64,000 nt of DNA, taken from the NCBI GenBank assembly GCA_040954595.2, contig CM082583.2:2056925-2120924 (forward strand). Reading direction: 5' to 3'. Below, piece after piece: positions 11,665 to 24,470 of this stretch. The notes below the pieces were generated by a model. It ran no database searches. It saw nothing but the letters and a program-made list of their open reading frames with translations, and was not told the origin of the DNA. Position 1 is the stretch's first letter. Each line of letters begins with the position of its first letter. The DNA comes from Balanoglossus misakiensis. Taxonomy: Eukaryota; Animalia; Hemichordata. A program made the position numbers and the translations under genes.

Positions 11665-14600
11665 CTAAGTATTCAAAGCCGCATCACCTCGCTCATGGAT
11701 ATGCCTATTGTTAAAGGAATGGGTCCGGGCTTTTGGAGGCGCATCCATAGCGAAGTGTGTAAAACTCTTATATTCGAAAAAGTGGGAGGGCGGGTGGGAA
11801 TACATTCGCAAAGGATTTTACCGAGGGGGCTGGTCATATAAAATCCCCACCCTGTCCCGTTTACGCACATAGCCCTGCTCTCTTGGCCTATTGCAAGGGA
11901 GGGACAGACTGTACGTTGCTCGTTGCTTTTATACTTCGGCTTATTTGCATATGGCGGATGGATATCGCTCTGTGCCGCGGTTTTGAATAACTAAGTATTC
12001 AAAGCCGCATCACCTCGCTCATGGATATGCCTATTGTTAAAGGAATGGGTCCGGGCTTTTGGAGGCGCATCCGGACGCAAAGCCTATTCTCCTCGTGCTT
12101 GAGCCCATTATTACCGAGTTGGGTATCCCCCCAATCCTTAAAATACAGTCAAACCAAGTAACAAACAAGTTACCACTACAAACACACCCACAACAAAAGC
12201 CTTGGAAAATCCAATTAAATCATTGAGGTTCTCAAATCTTTTTGTGTTCTGCTTTTCGTCGTTCCACACCTCCCTGTGCTTATGAATTCCCCCGGCGACA
12301 AATTCATGTGGGTTTCTAAATGATAGTAGGGCGGGCAACACTTTCTTGTTGGATTTACGAACCTCATCGACATTGATAACGGGTCTCCTGTCGAGGGGCG
12401 CCCTCAAGAGATACCCATGTGTATGACTTTCTGGCGACTGGAAGTTCCTCAGGGCCGATTTCCCATGCGTGGGGAGTGAACAGAAAAGAATAGATAAAGA
12501 CTATGGGAAACTTTTAAACCGTTTACTTCCGTGCAACAAATATTTGTATTTTTGGCAGCTGAAAGACTATATGTACTGTCCTGTTTGTCTTCAAGAAGAT
12601 TCCTTGGAACATAGATTTTTAGATTGTAAAATTGCTGAAAGGTGCTGGACAAAGGTCAACAACATTATCTGTAATATTACAGGGAGAACACTACGAGTGA
12701 CTCCTCTTAATATAATTTTCGCTGACTCTTTTGACAACACCATCCCAAAAGACTATAACCTTGTACTACAATTTTTGATTTTGCTGGGTAAATGGAGCAT
12801 TCATAAGTATTGGATATGTCACACGAACACACCAATTGAAGTTGTATTTAAGAACGAATTTAAGTTAAGATATAACATAGAGAAAAAAATATATTGCAGA
12901 GCCAACATAATGGATACATTTGAAAAAGTTTATAATTTGATTTGATTGTATTTTTCTATCTCTTTTGCATTTATTACGTAAGGATTTTTAATAAAAGAGA
13001 AAAAAAAAGACTATGGGCTACTAAATGTAAAATGTTTTCTTGAGGGAGCCCCTAGACAGGACCTCAGTAAGGCGAGGTTGCATGGAATGCAAAGGACTGT
13101 TTTAGTCCTCCCTGCGTTCGGGTCGATGTTTGGTGTATGATAAACACGGGATATCCGCTACTGGTTGAGTGGGGTCAATCTAGGAAGGCGAGATATAAAG
13201 GCATTTTTTTTTCTTTCTTTCTTTTATTTTATTCTCAAGACAACCTTTTAATTGTCACGGAGGGTTGTAAGCAAACCAGACTTTTCGTACATTTCAAGTT
13301 ATCAAAGCATCACAGCAAGTTCTTAAGTGTGGGTGTCCGTGTAGCGTTTGCTCCATCTGAGTTGCTCGGGCATGTTTTGTGCGTCTGTATTTATATGCGT
13401 GAATGCGTTCCGTCTATGGTGCGAGCGGTTGGTTGAAAGTATGCGATTGTGTGGGTGTGCATGAAGGCGTCTATTAGTGTGCAGGCGACCGAGAGAAGTA
13501 TGCGTGTTAGTACAGTGTGCATGCGTGTACGTGGATGAGTAACCCATGTTTTACTTGCTGTGACGAATAAATATAAACGAGCAAAGAGAGAGAAAAAACA
13601 CAGCAATGTGGGTATACTACTTTCTTTTTGGGCAGGCTCTGGCAACATGCCCTTTCTCACCGCAGACAAAGCATGTGACTAGTTCATCCTTATTTCTTTT
13701 CTCAGTGCGGCGATGCGGTTTCTGTCAATTCTTGCAGTTTTTTTTTACCTGGCTTCTTTAGGTTCTCCAACTCCCCTTTCTGCAATACAAGTAAACGTAC
13801 ACATACAATAACTTCTCTGCCCATTACCACGGGTGGAAAGTATACTTGCTCTCCCGTACTGAAGACTCCCCTTTTGTTTACAGGGCGAGCGCCTCATTAC
13901 ATAGGCATCAGCAAATTCAAGGCGAACATGCGTCTGCTACGTAAATGACCGCTCACATTGCTCCTCCCTCGAGCCTATGTATTTCCTTTGGCCTCAGCCA
14001 CAATAATTCGGCGCTCTCGCAGTCATCACCGGATGAACTGCCTGGCCGGTCTCCTTGGCACTCATGGGTATAACCCACCCAGCTCTATTTAACAAACAAA
14101 TGTTGGCGCTCTCGCAGTATATCACACTGCCTGGCCTGCCGCTCACTCCTGTAACTCCAAGTATTCGACGCATATTGCATAGAAAATAAAATTCAATCTC
14201 CATTCAGTTCTACCATGCCTGTTACGTAGGGGAAAGGAATCGTTTTTTGTTTTTTTTTTTTTTTCAATTGGCGAAACAGGTGGTGTCAGGCCTAACAGGT
14301 GGCGGAATTTCAAATTGGTGATTTGGCCTTCCACCTGCACTAAGAAAATTCGAAAGCCGAAAAACAACGCGAGGGGAGAAATGTGGTGAACCGTAGTGCA
14401 TAAAAAACAACAACAGGGGACCGAACTGCAAATCAAAACCGAAATGACCGGAGGCATACAAGGGGGAAAACTAACCCTGGTTACACTGCTGCTGACGCCT
14501 GTTGCCTCTCCACTTGCTGGTTTTGGTGCAGCATTTTGCTGGGGTGTGGCACCACCGGGACCGGGTCTTGGATGGCGACCGGATAGTTGTGCGGAGTCCT

Positions 14601-14767
14601 GGTGTGAGTCCACAAAAGCTCGAACTGCGGAACCAGTTTGAGCCATGGTTCGTGCTGTCGTGGCCTATTGCAAGGGAGGGACAGACTGTACGTTGCTCGT
14701 TGCTTTTATACTTCGGCTCATTTGCATATGGCGGAAGGATATCGCTCTGTGCCGCGGTTTTGAATAA
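11665..14767 (-). mobile_element. Internally deleted Ngaro-type (DIRS order, tyrosine-recombinase) retrotransposon with split direct repeats A1..B1-A2..B2
   Basis: A (107 bp) at 14661-14767 and 11884-11990; B (82 bp) at 11991-12072 and 11665-11746. An ATG ORF starts just after A1 (14646). An RT N-terminal-like remnant FRNPHEFVAGGIHKHREVW lies at 12138-12407. The element sits between ~50-bp inverted arms (11469-11519 / 14795-14845) of a host MITE. Confidence 0.75.
12508..13005 (+). mobile_element. 5'-truncated L1/Tx1 LINE (ORF2 C-terminal zinc-knuckle region) inserted in the Ngaro element
   Basis: CPVCLQEDSLEHRFLDC motif and ILLGKWSIHK; AATAAA plus A-rich tail; 12-bp TSD aaagactatggg at 12496-12507 and 13006-13017. 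Confidence 0.9.
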
Positions 14768-15748
14768 GCCAGTCACTCTACATGCGATCGTAAGTTGTAA
14801 GTTCAAAGGTCATGAAACTAAAAAAAGAAAATTACAGGCATGAAACACTTCACGTCATCAGATCATGCCTGTATTTTTTTTTACTTTAATGAACTTTGAA
14901 CCTTATACATCATCTTGTGACCCTTGGCTCAGCTCAGTGAGCAACAGGCCAAATTTAGCATCAACCCATACAAGGCAGTCAGTAGAGAATGCAGAAAAAG
15001 TCGAACCAGCTATATACCGCTTGCTATGAACTGTTTTGACAGCACTAGTCATTTGTGGTGAATGAGCAGGCCCCGGCAATACATCGTAACTTGCAGCTTA
15101 GGGACCGTTCAGCTTTTACGGGCGGGGGGGGGGGGGGTGTTGTAAGTTTGGGTCATCTGTTTTCGAAAACAGGCAGACCCCCTTCACCCTGGACCAAAAA
15201 ATGACGACTCCCCTTTGACAGACAACAAAATATGATGACCCCCCCCCGAAAACATGACACAACTACTTGTGGAGGAAAACGGTTTCTTTCCAAGAGCCTG
15301 CTCGCCGTCCTGATTTTATGTTTACTGTATGTAGTAAAGGGAAAGAGGCTCCCCACACCTGAATTATAAATATCATTAAGAAATTTAGAATTGGGGTGTA
15401 TATCGAGCCAATGAAGTTTGGCTTTTCTCGAGCCCGCGCCTATAAACAAACGTTAATGGTCAGGGCGGAGTCAGTTATTTCCATTATATCACCAACGAAC
15501 TCAAGAAAACAGTGAAAAATTACGAAATGTCCCACGCAAATGAATATAGGGCCCCGGAACTTGTGTTACGCAAAATGTTGTATTCACTGAACTGTATGCT
15601 AATATTACTATTCAGATTTTCGGGCATGTAAAAAAACCATTACTGAGTATTTGTGGTCAGTTACGTCGTTCATCTCAACCAATTAAAATGCGGCGCACAG
15701 GCCATGGTAATATAATAGTTAATAGTATGGCGTTGCAATAAAGAAATT

Positions 15749-16185
15749 TATAATATACCTCATGCTAATACTGTGCCGTGATTCGCCAGAATCCGTCACG
15801 TGATAGGAAAAAAGAATCGACTATGAACCGCTAGGGAAATAGCAGAAAAAATATAAACCGGTCACGTGACCAACGTGGTCACGTCAATCAGCGTCGTGTC
15901 GTCTGACACAATGGCCACCGCTGAAGATGTCGTCTGCCAGCCTCAAGAGAGAATTGCAAGATTTTCCCAGCTGTTAGCATGAGGTTTATTATAAAACACC
16001 TATAGCCTGGCCTATATTCGGGCAATAGCAGCCGTTTTTACCCCCTCGTGACTGTGAGTTACCAGAATTATACGCTATTTCCCTCGGCCTGCGGCCTCGG
16101 GAAATAGCATATGATTCTGGTAACTCACAGCCCCTCGGGTGTAATAAACGGCCGCTATGGCCCTCATGGCCTGGCAATAGGTGTT
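15749..16185. repeat. Inverted-repeat plus long palindrome element (possibly Crypton-like non-autonomous)
   Basis: IR atacctcatgctaa / ttagcatgaggtt, then an imperfect palindrome at 15995-16185 centred on ccctcggcctgcggcctcggg. The family assignment is inference. Confidence 0.6.
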
Positions 16186-16422
16186 CAATATGAATAAATT
16201 ATAATGCTACACCATTGAGCGCATAGCCCGACTTGGCCAATTTTTGTGGGTAACCGATCGACCTTTCATAGCTTATAAGGCAAGTGGGATGAAAACAATG
16301 TGGTTTGTTTTGTTCTGCAAAAAAGTGGTTTTAAAATTCAGACATTTGCAGAAAAGGGAAAAAACGGAAACTTGCGACAAAAAATAGTATCCATCAGGCT
16401 ACACTTTAAAGGAAAAATTGGG

Positions 16423-16428
16423 AAAAAA
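16423..16428 (-). terminator. Pol III T-run terminator of 5S copy 1
   Basis: TTTTTT 2 nt downstream of the 5S 3' end; the other copies have ATATTTT. Confidence 0.75.
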
Positions 16429-16430
16429 TT

Positions 16431-16550
16431 AAGCCTACAGCACGTAGTATTCCCAGACGGTCTCCCGTCCAAGTACTAACTACGCCCAACGCAGGTTTGC
16501 TTCGGTGATCAGACGAGAACCGGCTTATTCTACGTGGTATGGCCGTAAGC
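16431..16550 (-). rRNA. 5S rRNA: 5S rRNA gene (full, 120 nt)
   Basis: GCTTACGGCCATACCACGTAGAATAAGCCGGTTCTCGTCTGATCACCGAAGC...GTTAGTACTTGGACGGGAGACCGTCTGGGAATACTACGTGCTGTAGGCTT; helices I-V pair; T6 Pol III terminator follows. Confidence 0.97.
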
Positions 16551-16811
16551 GAAGGATGCTGGAATTTCCCTGCTATGAACCCGAATGCTACACCATTGAA
16601 CACGTATCCTGTCTTGGCCAATTTTTGTGGGTAACCGATCGACCTTTCATAGCTTATAAGGCAAGTGGGATGAAATAGATGTGGTTTGTTTTGTTCTGCA
16701 AAACAGTGGTTTTGGAATTCAGACATTTGCAGAAAAAGGAAAAAACGGAAACTTGCGATAAAAAATATTACCCTTCCGGCTACACTTTAATGGAAAATTG
16801 GGGAAAATATT

Positions 16812-16931
16812 AAGCCTACAGCACGTAGTATTCCCAGACGGTCTCCCGTCCAAGTACTAACTACGCCCAACGCAGGTTTGCTTCGGTGATCAGACGAGAA
16901 CCGGCTTATTCTACGTGGTATGGCCGTAGGC
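16812..16931 (-). rRNA. 5S rRNA: 5S rRNA gene (full); native repeat unit 381 bp
   Basis: Same as copy 1 except it starts GCCTAC; 261-bp spacer to copy 1. Confidence 0.97.
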
Positions 16932-17085
16932 GAAAGATTGTTGAAATTCTCCTTCTATGAACCCGAATCCTACACCATTGAACACGTATCCCGACTTGGC
17001 CAATTTTAGTGGGTAACCGATCGACCTTTCATAGCTTATAAGGCAAGTGGGATGAAAAAAATGTGGTTTGTTTTGTTCTGCAAAA

Positions 17086-18426
17086 AAAGAGGTATACCAA
17101 ATAATATCATTAGAATTCTATCTGTTGTGTTAAACTTATTTACATTACAGGCACTGTAAATATACTGGAAAACAAGTTGCCACAAGGATTGAATTGTCTG
17201 GCAGCACACAAGCAAATGATACACGTCTTCGGGGGGAAATGTGCAGAAGTCACAAGTAGGACTAAGGATTTTGCCTGCTTTGTAAAGACGAAGGTTATTA
17301 AAAACTGCGTTGTGACAAATGAGATAATCCAGATCACCCAGGTAGTTATCCTTGAAATTTGTGTAAACCTTACTAAAATCAAAGTTTGGCAAGTGAAAGA
17401 GCCAATACTGAACACCCGTTGGCACTGTTTTTCTCAGATGTCGAGCAATTGTAGTAATGTGTCTAACTTTAAGAGAATGGAAAGGAACACGTTGATCATG
17501 AGCATTAACAATAAAGAGAGACTGGTTTTTGTCCACTTTGTTATAATCTTTGTAATTACTCTAAAGAATACCATGCCACTTTTGAGGAATTGAATTAAGG
17601 ATAATATGGTACTGCTTCTCAACAGTATTGCTTGTGGGAGTGTAGGGATGGGCCAATGAAACCATGTCACGAATTGCATCTACAGGTAGGAACCCAGGAA
17701 TGACCTCGTATAACAAATCTCTGATTTCAACAATGCCAGCTGAGCTGAAAAGTTTTATGATCGGCAGAGGGCGCCCTTCAACACTTGTAATGAAGGGGTT
17801 GTGAGAAATGGGTTCATTGATAATTTCATCGTAGGAAATTGGTTGTGCACGTGAATACCTGAAAAGATGCGACCAAGACTGAAAAAGTTTTCTGTAGAAT
17901 GTAGAACACTGGCGTAAGTTGGCAGGATAAAGTAACATTGTAAAAGTGTCAACACCACAATTGAGATTGAGATACTTATTTAAGTTGTAGGTGACAAACA
18001 ACTTGAACTTGTGTACATAATCTTTATCCTGTAATTTACACAACCACTTGAGACGAAGTGCTGGCACTTTGTCTTGAATATTTGTGATTTTTAGTCCCCC
18101 ATCTTGAATGTCGGAAGTGATGACATCATATTTCACCCTGTGATGACCTTAGCTCAAGAAGAAATTACAGATCATTCAAAATTTGTATGTGTTGCTGAGG
18201 CAAAGAAACAACAGATGCCCGGTACCAAAGAGTAGACGTAACAAGGGAGTTGATAATAAGGGTTTTCCCTTTGTAGGACAAATGACCAAGATTTCAGAAT
18301 TCTACAGATTTTTTGAATGCGCTGAGCCCAATTGAAATCATCTGCAACTGACTTGTCATGATTCAGCATGACACCAAGAATGACCATGCCATCCGGTTGA
18401 AGCTTAACAGGTAAAGGGCAGTCAGT
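17086..18426 (-). pseudogene. L1/Tx1 ORF2 C-terminal fragment, array unit 1
   Basis: DIQDGGLKI..KVPALRLKW, CDFC..EDVYHLLVCC zinc knuckle; internal TAG stop; truncated at both ends. Confidence 0.9.
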
Positions 18427-18464
18427 ACGAGAACCGGCTTATTCTACGTGGTATGGCCGTAAGC
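18427..18464 (-). pseudogene. 5S rRNA 5' fragment (nt 1-38) fused to LINE
   Basis: GCTTACGGCC...GGTTCTCGT then ACTGACTGCCC (LINE). Confidence 0.92.
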
Positions 18465-18727
18465 GAAGGATGCTGGAATTTCTCCTGCTATAAACCCGAA
18501 TGCTACACCATTGAAAACGTATCCTGACTTGGCCAATTTTTGTGGGTAACCGATCGACCTTTCATAGCTTATAAGGCAAGTGGGATGAAAAAAAATGTGG
18601 TTTGTTTTGTTCTGCAAACCAGTGGTTTTGGAATTCAGACATTTGCAGAAAAAGGAAAAAACGGAAACTTGCGATAAAAAATATTACCCTTCCGGCTACA
18701 CTTTAATGGAAAATTAGGGAAAATATT

Positions 18728-18847
18728 AAGCCTACAGTACGTAGTATTCCCAGACGGTCTCCCGTCCAAGTACTAACTACGCCCAACGCAGGTTTGCTTC
18801 GGTGATCAGACGAGAACCGGCTTATTCTACGTGGTATGGCCGTAGGC
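18728..18847 (-). rRNA. 5S rRNA: 5S rRNA gene (full length, G110A variant)
   Basis: 120-nt 5S; 3' end reads CGTACTGTAGGCTT. Confidence 0.92.
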
Positions 18848-19000
18848 GAAGGATTGTTGAAATTCTCCTGCTATGAACCCGAATCCTACACCATTGAACA
18901 CGTATCCCGACTTGGCCAATTTTAGTGGGTAACCGATCGACCTTTCATAGCTTATAAGGCAAGTGGGATGAAACAAATGTGGTTTTTTTGTTCTGCAAAA

Positions 19001-20340
19001 ACGAGGTATAACAAATAATATCATTAGAATTCTATCTGTTGTGTTAAACTTATTTACATTACAGGCACTGTAAATATACTGGAAAACAAGTTGCCACAAG
19101 GATTGAATTGTCTGGCAGCACACAAGCAAATGATACACGTCTTCGGGGGGAAATGTGCAGAAGTCACAAGTAGGACTAAGGATTTTGCCTGCTTTGTAAA
19201 GACGAAGGTTATTAAAAACTGCGTTGTGACAAATGAGATAATCCAGATCACCCAGGTAGTTATCCTTGAAATTTGTGTAAACCTTACTAAAATCAAAGTT
19301 TGGCAAGTGAAAGAGCCAATACTGAACACCCGTTGGCACTGTTTTTCTCAGATGTCGAGCAATTGTAGTAATGTGTCTAACTTTAAGAGAATGGAAAGGA
19401 ACACGTTGATCATGAGCATTAACAATAAAGAGAGACTGGTTTTTGTCCACTTTGTTATAATCTTTGTAATTACTCTAAAGAATACCATGCCACTTTTGAG
19501 GAATTGAATTAAGGATAATATGGTACTGCTTCTCAACAGTATTGCTTGTGGGAGTGTAGGGATGGGCCAATGAAACCATGTCACGAATTGCATCTACAGG
19601 TAGGAACCCAGGAATGACCTCGTATAACAAATCTCTGATTTCAACAATGCCAGCTGAGCTGAAAAGTTTTATGATCGGCAGAGGGCGCCCTTCAACACTT
19701 GTAATGAAGGGGTTGTGAGAAATGGGTTCATTGATAATTTCATCGTAGGAAATTGGTTGTGCACGTGAATACCTGAAAAGATGCGACCAAGACTGAAAAA
19801 GTTTTCTGTAGAATGTAGAACACTGGCGTAAGTTGGCAGGATAAAGTAACATTGTAAAAGTGTCAACACCACAATTGAGATTGAGATACTTATTTAAGTT
19901 GTAGGTGACAAACAACTTGAACTTGTGTACATAATCTTTATCCTGTAATTTACACAACCACTTGAGACGAAGTGCTGGCACTTTGTCTTGAATATTTGTG
20001 ATTTTTAGTCCCCCATCTTGAATGTCGGAAGTGATGACATCATATTTCACCCTGTGATGACCTTAGCTCAAGAAGAAATTACAGATCATTCAAAATTTGT
20101 ATGTGTTGCTGAGGCAAAGAAACAACAGATGCCCGGTACCAAAGAGTAGACGTAACAAGGGAGTTGATAATAAGGGTTTTCCCTTTGTAGGACAAATGAC
20201 CAAGATTTCAGAATTCTACAGATTTTTTGAATGCGCTGAGCCCAATTGAAATCATCTGCAACTGACTTGTCATGATTCAGCATGACACCAAGAATGACCA
20301 TGCCATCCGGTTGAAGCTTAACAGGTAAAGGGCAGTCAGT
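19001..20340 (-). pseudogene. L1/Tx1 ORF2 C-terminal fragment, array unit 2
   Basis: As unit 1; B-type junction variants; TAG stop. Confidence 0.9.
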
Positions 20341-20378
20341 ACGAGAACCGGCTTATTCTACGTGGTATGGCCGTAAGC
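20341..20378 (-). pseudogene. 5S rRNA 5' fragment (nt 1-38) fused to LINE
   Basis: Same junction as 18427. Confidence 0.92.
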
Positions 20379-20641
20379 GAAGGATGCTGGAATTTCTCCT
20401 GCTATAAACCCGAATGCTACACCATTGAACACGTATCCTGACTTGGCCAATTTTTGTGGGTAACCGATCGACCTTTCATAGCTTATAAGGCAAGTGGGAT
20501 GAAAAAAAATGTGGTTTGTTTTGTTCTGCAAAACAGTGGTTTTGGAATTCAGACATTTGCAGAAAAAGGAAAAAACGGAAACTTGCGATAAAAAATATTA
20601 CCCTTCCGGCTACACTTTAATGGAAAATTGGGGAAAATATT

Positions 20642-20761
20642 AAGCCTACAGTACGTAGTATTCCCAGACGGTCTCCCGTCCAAGTACTAACTACGCCCAA
20701 CGCAGGTTTGCTTCGGTGATCAGACGAGAACCGGCTTATTCTACGTGGTATGGCCGTAGGC
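20642..20761 (-). rRNA. 5S rRNA: 5S rRNA gene (full length, G110A variant)
   Basis: 120-nt 5S. Confidence 0.92.
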
Positions 20762-20915
20762 GAAGGATTGTTGAAATTCTCCTGCTATGAACCCGAATCC
20801 TACACCATTGAACACGTATCCCGACTTGGCCAATTTTAGTGGGTAACCGATCGACCTTTCATAGCTTATAAGGCAAGTGGGATGAAAAAAATGTGGTTTG
20901 TTTTGTTCTGCAAAA

Positions 20916-22256
20916 AAAGAGGTATACCAAATAATATCATTAGAATTCTATCTGTTGTGTTAAACTTATTTACATTACAGGCACTGTAAATATACTGGAA
21001 AACAAGTTGCCACAAGGATTGAATTGTCTGGCAGCACACAAGCAAATGATACACGTCTTCGGGGGGAAATGTGCAGAAGTAACAAGTAGGACTAAGGATT
21101 TTGCCTGCTTTGTAAAGACGAAGGTTATTAAAAACTGCGTTGTGACAAATGAGATAATCCAGATCACCCAGGTAGTTATCCTTGAAATTTGTGTAAACCT
21201 TACTAAAATCAAAGTTTGGCAAGTGAAAGAGCCAATACTGAACACCCGTTGGCACTGTTTTTCTCAGATGTCGAGCAATTGTAGTAATGTGTCTAACTTT
21301 AAGAGAATGGAAAGGAACACGTTGATCATGAGCATTAACAATAAAGAGAGACGGGTTTTTGTCCACTTTGTTATAATCTTTGTAATTACTCTGCAGAATA
21401 CCATGCCACTTTTGAGGAATTGAATTGAGGATAATATGGTACTGCTTCTCAACAGTATTGCTTGTGGGAGTGTAGGGATGGGCCAATGAAACCATGTCAC
21501 GAATTGCATCTACAGGTAGGAACCCAGGAATGACCTCGTATAACAAATCTCTGATTTCAACAATGCCAGCTGAGCTGAAAAGTTTTATGATCGGCAGAGG
21601 GCGCCCTTCAACACTTGTAATGAAGGGGTTGTGAGAAATGGGTTCATTGATAATTTCATCGTAGGAAATTGGTTGTGCACGTGAATACCTGAAAAGATGC
21701 GACCAAGACTGAAAAAGTTTTCTGTAGAATGTAGAACACTGGCGTAAGTTGGCAGGATAAAGTAACATTGTAAAAGTGTCAACACCACAATTGAGATTGA
21801 GATACTTATTTAAGTTGTAGGTGACAAACAACTTGAACTTGTGTACATAATCTTTATCCTGTAATTTACACAACCACTTGAGACGAAGTGCTGGCACTTT
21901 GTCTTGAATATTTGTGATTTTTAGTCCCCCATCTTGAATGTCGGAAGTGATGACATCATATTTCACCCTGTGATGACCTTAGCTCAAGAAGAAATTACAG
22001 ATCATTCAAAATTTGTATGTGTTGCTGAGGCAAAGAAACAACAGATGCCCGGTACCAAAGAGTAGACGTAACAAGGGAGTTGATAATAAGGGTTTTCCCT
22101 TTGTAGGACAAATGACCAAGATTTCAGAATTCTACAGATTTTTTGAATGCGCTGAGCCCAATTGAAATCATCTGCAACTGACTTGTCATGATTCAGCATG
22201 ACACCAAGAATGACCATGCCATCCGGTTGAAGCTTAACAGGTAAAGGGCAGTCAGT
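20916..22256 (-). pseudogene. L1/Tx1 ORF2 C-terminal fragment, array unit 3 (366-aa open frame 20866-21966)
   Basis: CAG instead of TAG keeps the frame open; the frame runs into the 5S spacer. Confidence 0.9.
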
Positions 22257-22294
22257 ACGAGAACCGGCTTATTCTACGTGGTATGGCCGTAAGC
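22257..22294 (-). pseudogene. 5S rRNA 5' fragment (nt 1-38) fused to LINE
   Basis: Same junction as 18427. Confidence 0.92.
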
Positions 22295-22557
22295 GAAGGA
22301 TGCTGGAATTTCTCCTGCTATAAACCCGAATGCTACACCATTGAAAACGTATCCTGACTTGGCCAATTTTTGTGGGTAACCGATCGACCTTTCATAGCTT
22401 ATAAGGCAAGTGGGATGAAAAAAAATGTGGTTTGTTTTGTTCTGCAAACCAGTGGTTTTGGAATTCAGACATTTGCAGAAAAAGGAAAAAACGGAAACTT
22501 GCGATAAAAAATATTACCCTTCCGGCTACACTTTAATGGAAAATTAGGGAAAATATT

Positions 22558-22677
22558 AAGCCTACAGTACGTAGTATTCCCAGACGGTCTCCCGTCCAAG
22601 TACTAACTACGCCCAACGCAGGTTTGCTTCGGTGATCAGACGAGAACCGGCTTATTCTACGTGGTATGGCCGTAGGC
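22558..22677 (-). rRNA. 5S rRNA: 5S rRNA gene (full length, G110A variant)
   Basis: 120-nt 5S. Confidence 0.92.
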
Positions 22678-22830
22678 GAAGGATTGTTGAAATTCTCCTG
22701 CTATGAACCCGAATCCTACACCATTGAACACGTATCCCGACTTGGCCAATTTTAGTGGGTAACCGATCGACCTTTCATAGCTTATAAGGCAAGTGGGATG
22801 AAACAAATGTGGTTTTTTTGTTCTGCAAAA

Positions 22831-24169
22831 ACGAGGTATAACAAATAATATCATTAGAATTCTATCTGTTGTGTTAAACTTTTTTACATTACAGCACTGT
22901 AAATATACTGGAAAACAAGTTGCCACAAGGATTGAATTGTCTGGCAGCACACAAGCAAATGATACACGTCTTCGGGGGGAAATGTGCAGAAGTCACAAGT
23001 AGGACTAAGGATTTTGCCTGCTTTGTAAAGACGAAGGTTATTAAAAACTGCGTTGTGACAAATGAGATAATCCAGATCACCCAGGTAGTTATCCTTGAAA
23101 TTTGTGTAAACCTTACTAAAATCAAAGTTTGGCAAGTGAAAGAGCCAATACTGAACACCCGTTGGCACTGTTTTTCTCAGATGTCGAGCAATTGTAGTAA
23201 TGTGTCTAACTTTAAGAGAATGGAAAGGAACACGTTGATCATGAGCATTAACAATAAAGAGAGACTGGTTTTTGTCCACTTTGTTATAATCTTTGTAATT
23301 ACTCTAAAGAATACCATGCCACTTTTGAGGAATTGAATTAAGGATAATATGGTACTGCTTCTCAACAGTATTGCTTGTGGGAGTGTAGGGATGGGCCAAT
23401 GAAACCATGTCACGAATTGCATCTACAGGTAGGAACCCAGGAATGACCTCGTATAACAAATCTCTGATTTCAACAATGCCAGCTGAGCTGAAAAGTTTTA
23501 TGATCGGCAGAGGGCGCCCTTCAACACTTGTAATGAAGGGGTTGTGAGAAATGGGTTCATTGATAATTTCATCGTAGGAAATTGGTTGTGCACGTGAATA
23601 CCTGAAAAGATGCGACCAAGACTGAAAAAGTTTTCTGTAGAATGTAGAACACTGGCGTAAGTTGGCAGGATAAAGTAACATTGTAAAAGTGTCAACACCA
23701 CAATTGAGATTGAGATACTTATTTAAGTTGTAGGTGACAAACAACTTGAACTTGTGTACATAATCTTTATCCTGTAATTTACACAACCACTTGAGACGAA
23801 GTGCTGGCACTTTGTCTTGAATATTTGTGATTTTTAGTCCCCCATCTTGAATGTCGGAAGTGATGACATCATATTTCACCCTGTGATGACCTTAGCTCAA
23901 GAAGAAATTACAGATCATTCAAAATTTGTATGTGTTGCTGAGGCAAAGAAACAACAGATGCCCGGTACCAAAGAGTAGACGTAACAAGGGAGTTGATAAT
24001 ATGGGTTTTCCCTTTGTAGGACAAATGACCAAGATTTCAGAATTCTACAGATTTTTTGAATGCGCTGAGCCCAATTGAAATCATCTGCAACCGACTTGTC
24101 ATGATTCAGCATGACACCAAGAATGACCATGCCATCCGGTTGAAGCTTAACAGGTAAAGGGCAGTCAGT
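22831..24169 (-). pseudogene. L1/Tx1 ORF2 C-terminal fragment, array unit 4
   Basis: As unit 2, plus a 1-bp deletion near 22893. Confidence 0.9.
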
Positions 24170-24207
24170 ACGAGAACCGGCTTATTCTACGTGGTATGGC
24201 CGTAAGC
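24170..24207 (-). pseudogene. 5S rRNA 5' fragment (nt 1-38) fused to LINE
   Basis: Same junction as 18427. Confidence 0.92.
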
Positions 24208-24470
24208 GAAGGATGCTGGAATTTCTCCTGCTATAAACCCGAATGCTACACCATTGAACACGTATCCTGACTTGGCCAATTTTTGTGGGTAACCGATCGA
24301 CCTTTCATAGCTTATAAGGCAAGTGGGATGAAAAAAAATGTGGTTTGTTTTGTTCTGCAAAACAGTGGTTTTGGAATTCAGACATTTGCAGAAAAAGGAA
24401 AAAACGGAAACTTGCGATAAAAAATATTACCCTTCCGGCTACACTTTAATGGAAAATTGGGGAAAATATT

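Noticed and set aside
17177-17593. 138-aa plus-strand ORF repeated five times
   Set aside because: Antisense shadow of LINE ORF2; it is repeated only because the unit is.
18427-18464. Functional SINE3
   Set aside because: The 5S head lacks boxes A/C; there is no poly(A) or TSD; copies are tandem, not dispersed.
20866-21966. 366-aa ORF as a functional gene
   Set aside because: It is the post-RT tail of Tx1 ORF2 with no evident promoter or ATG context, and is stopped in three sister units.
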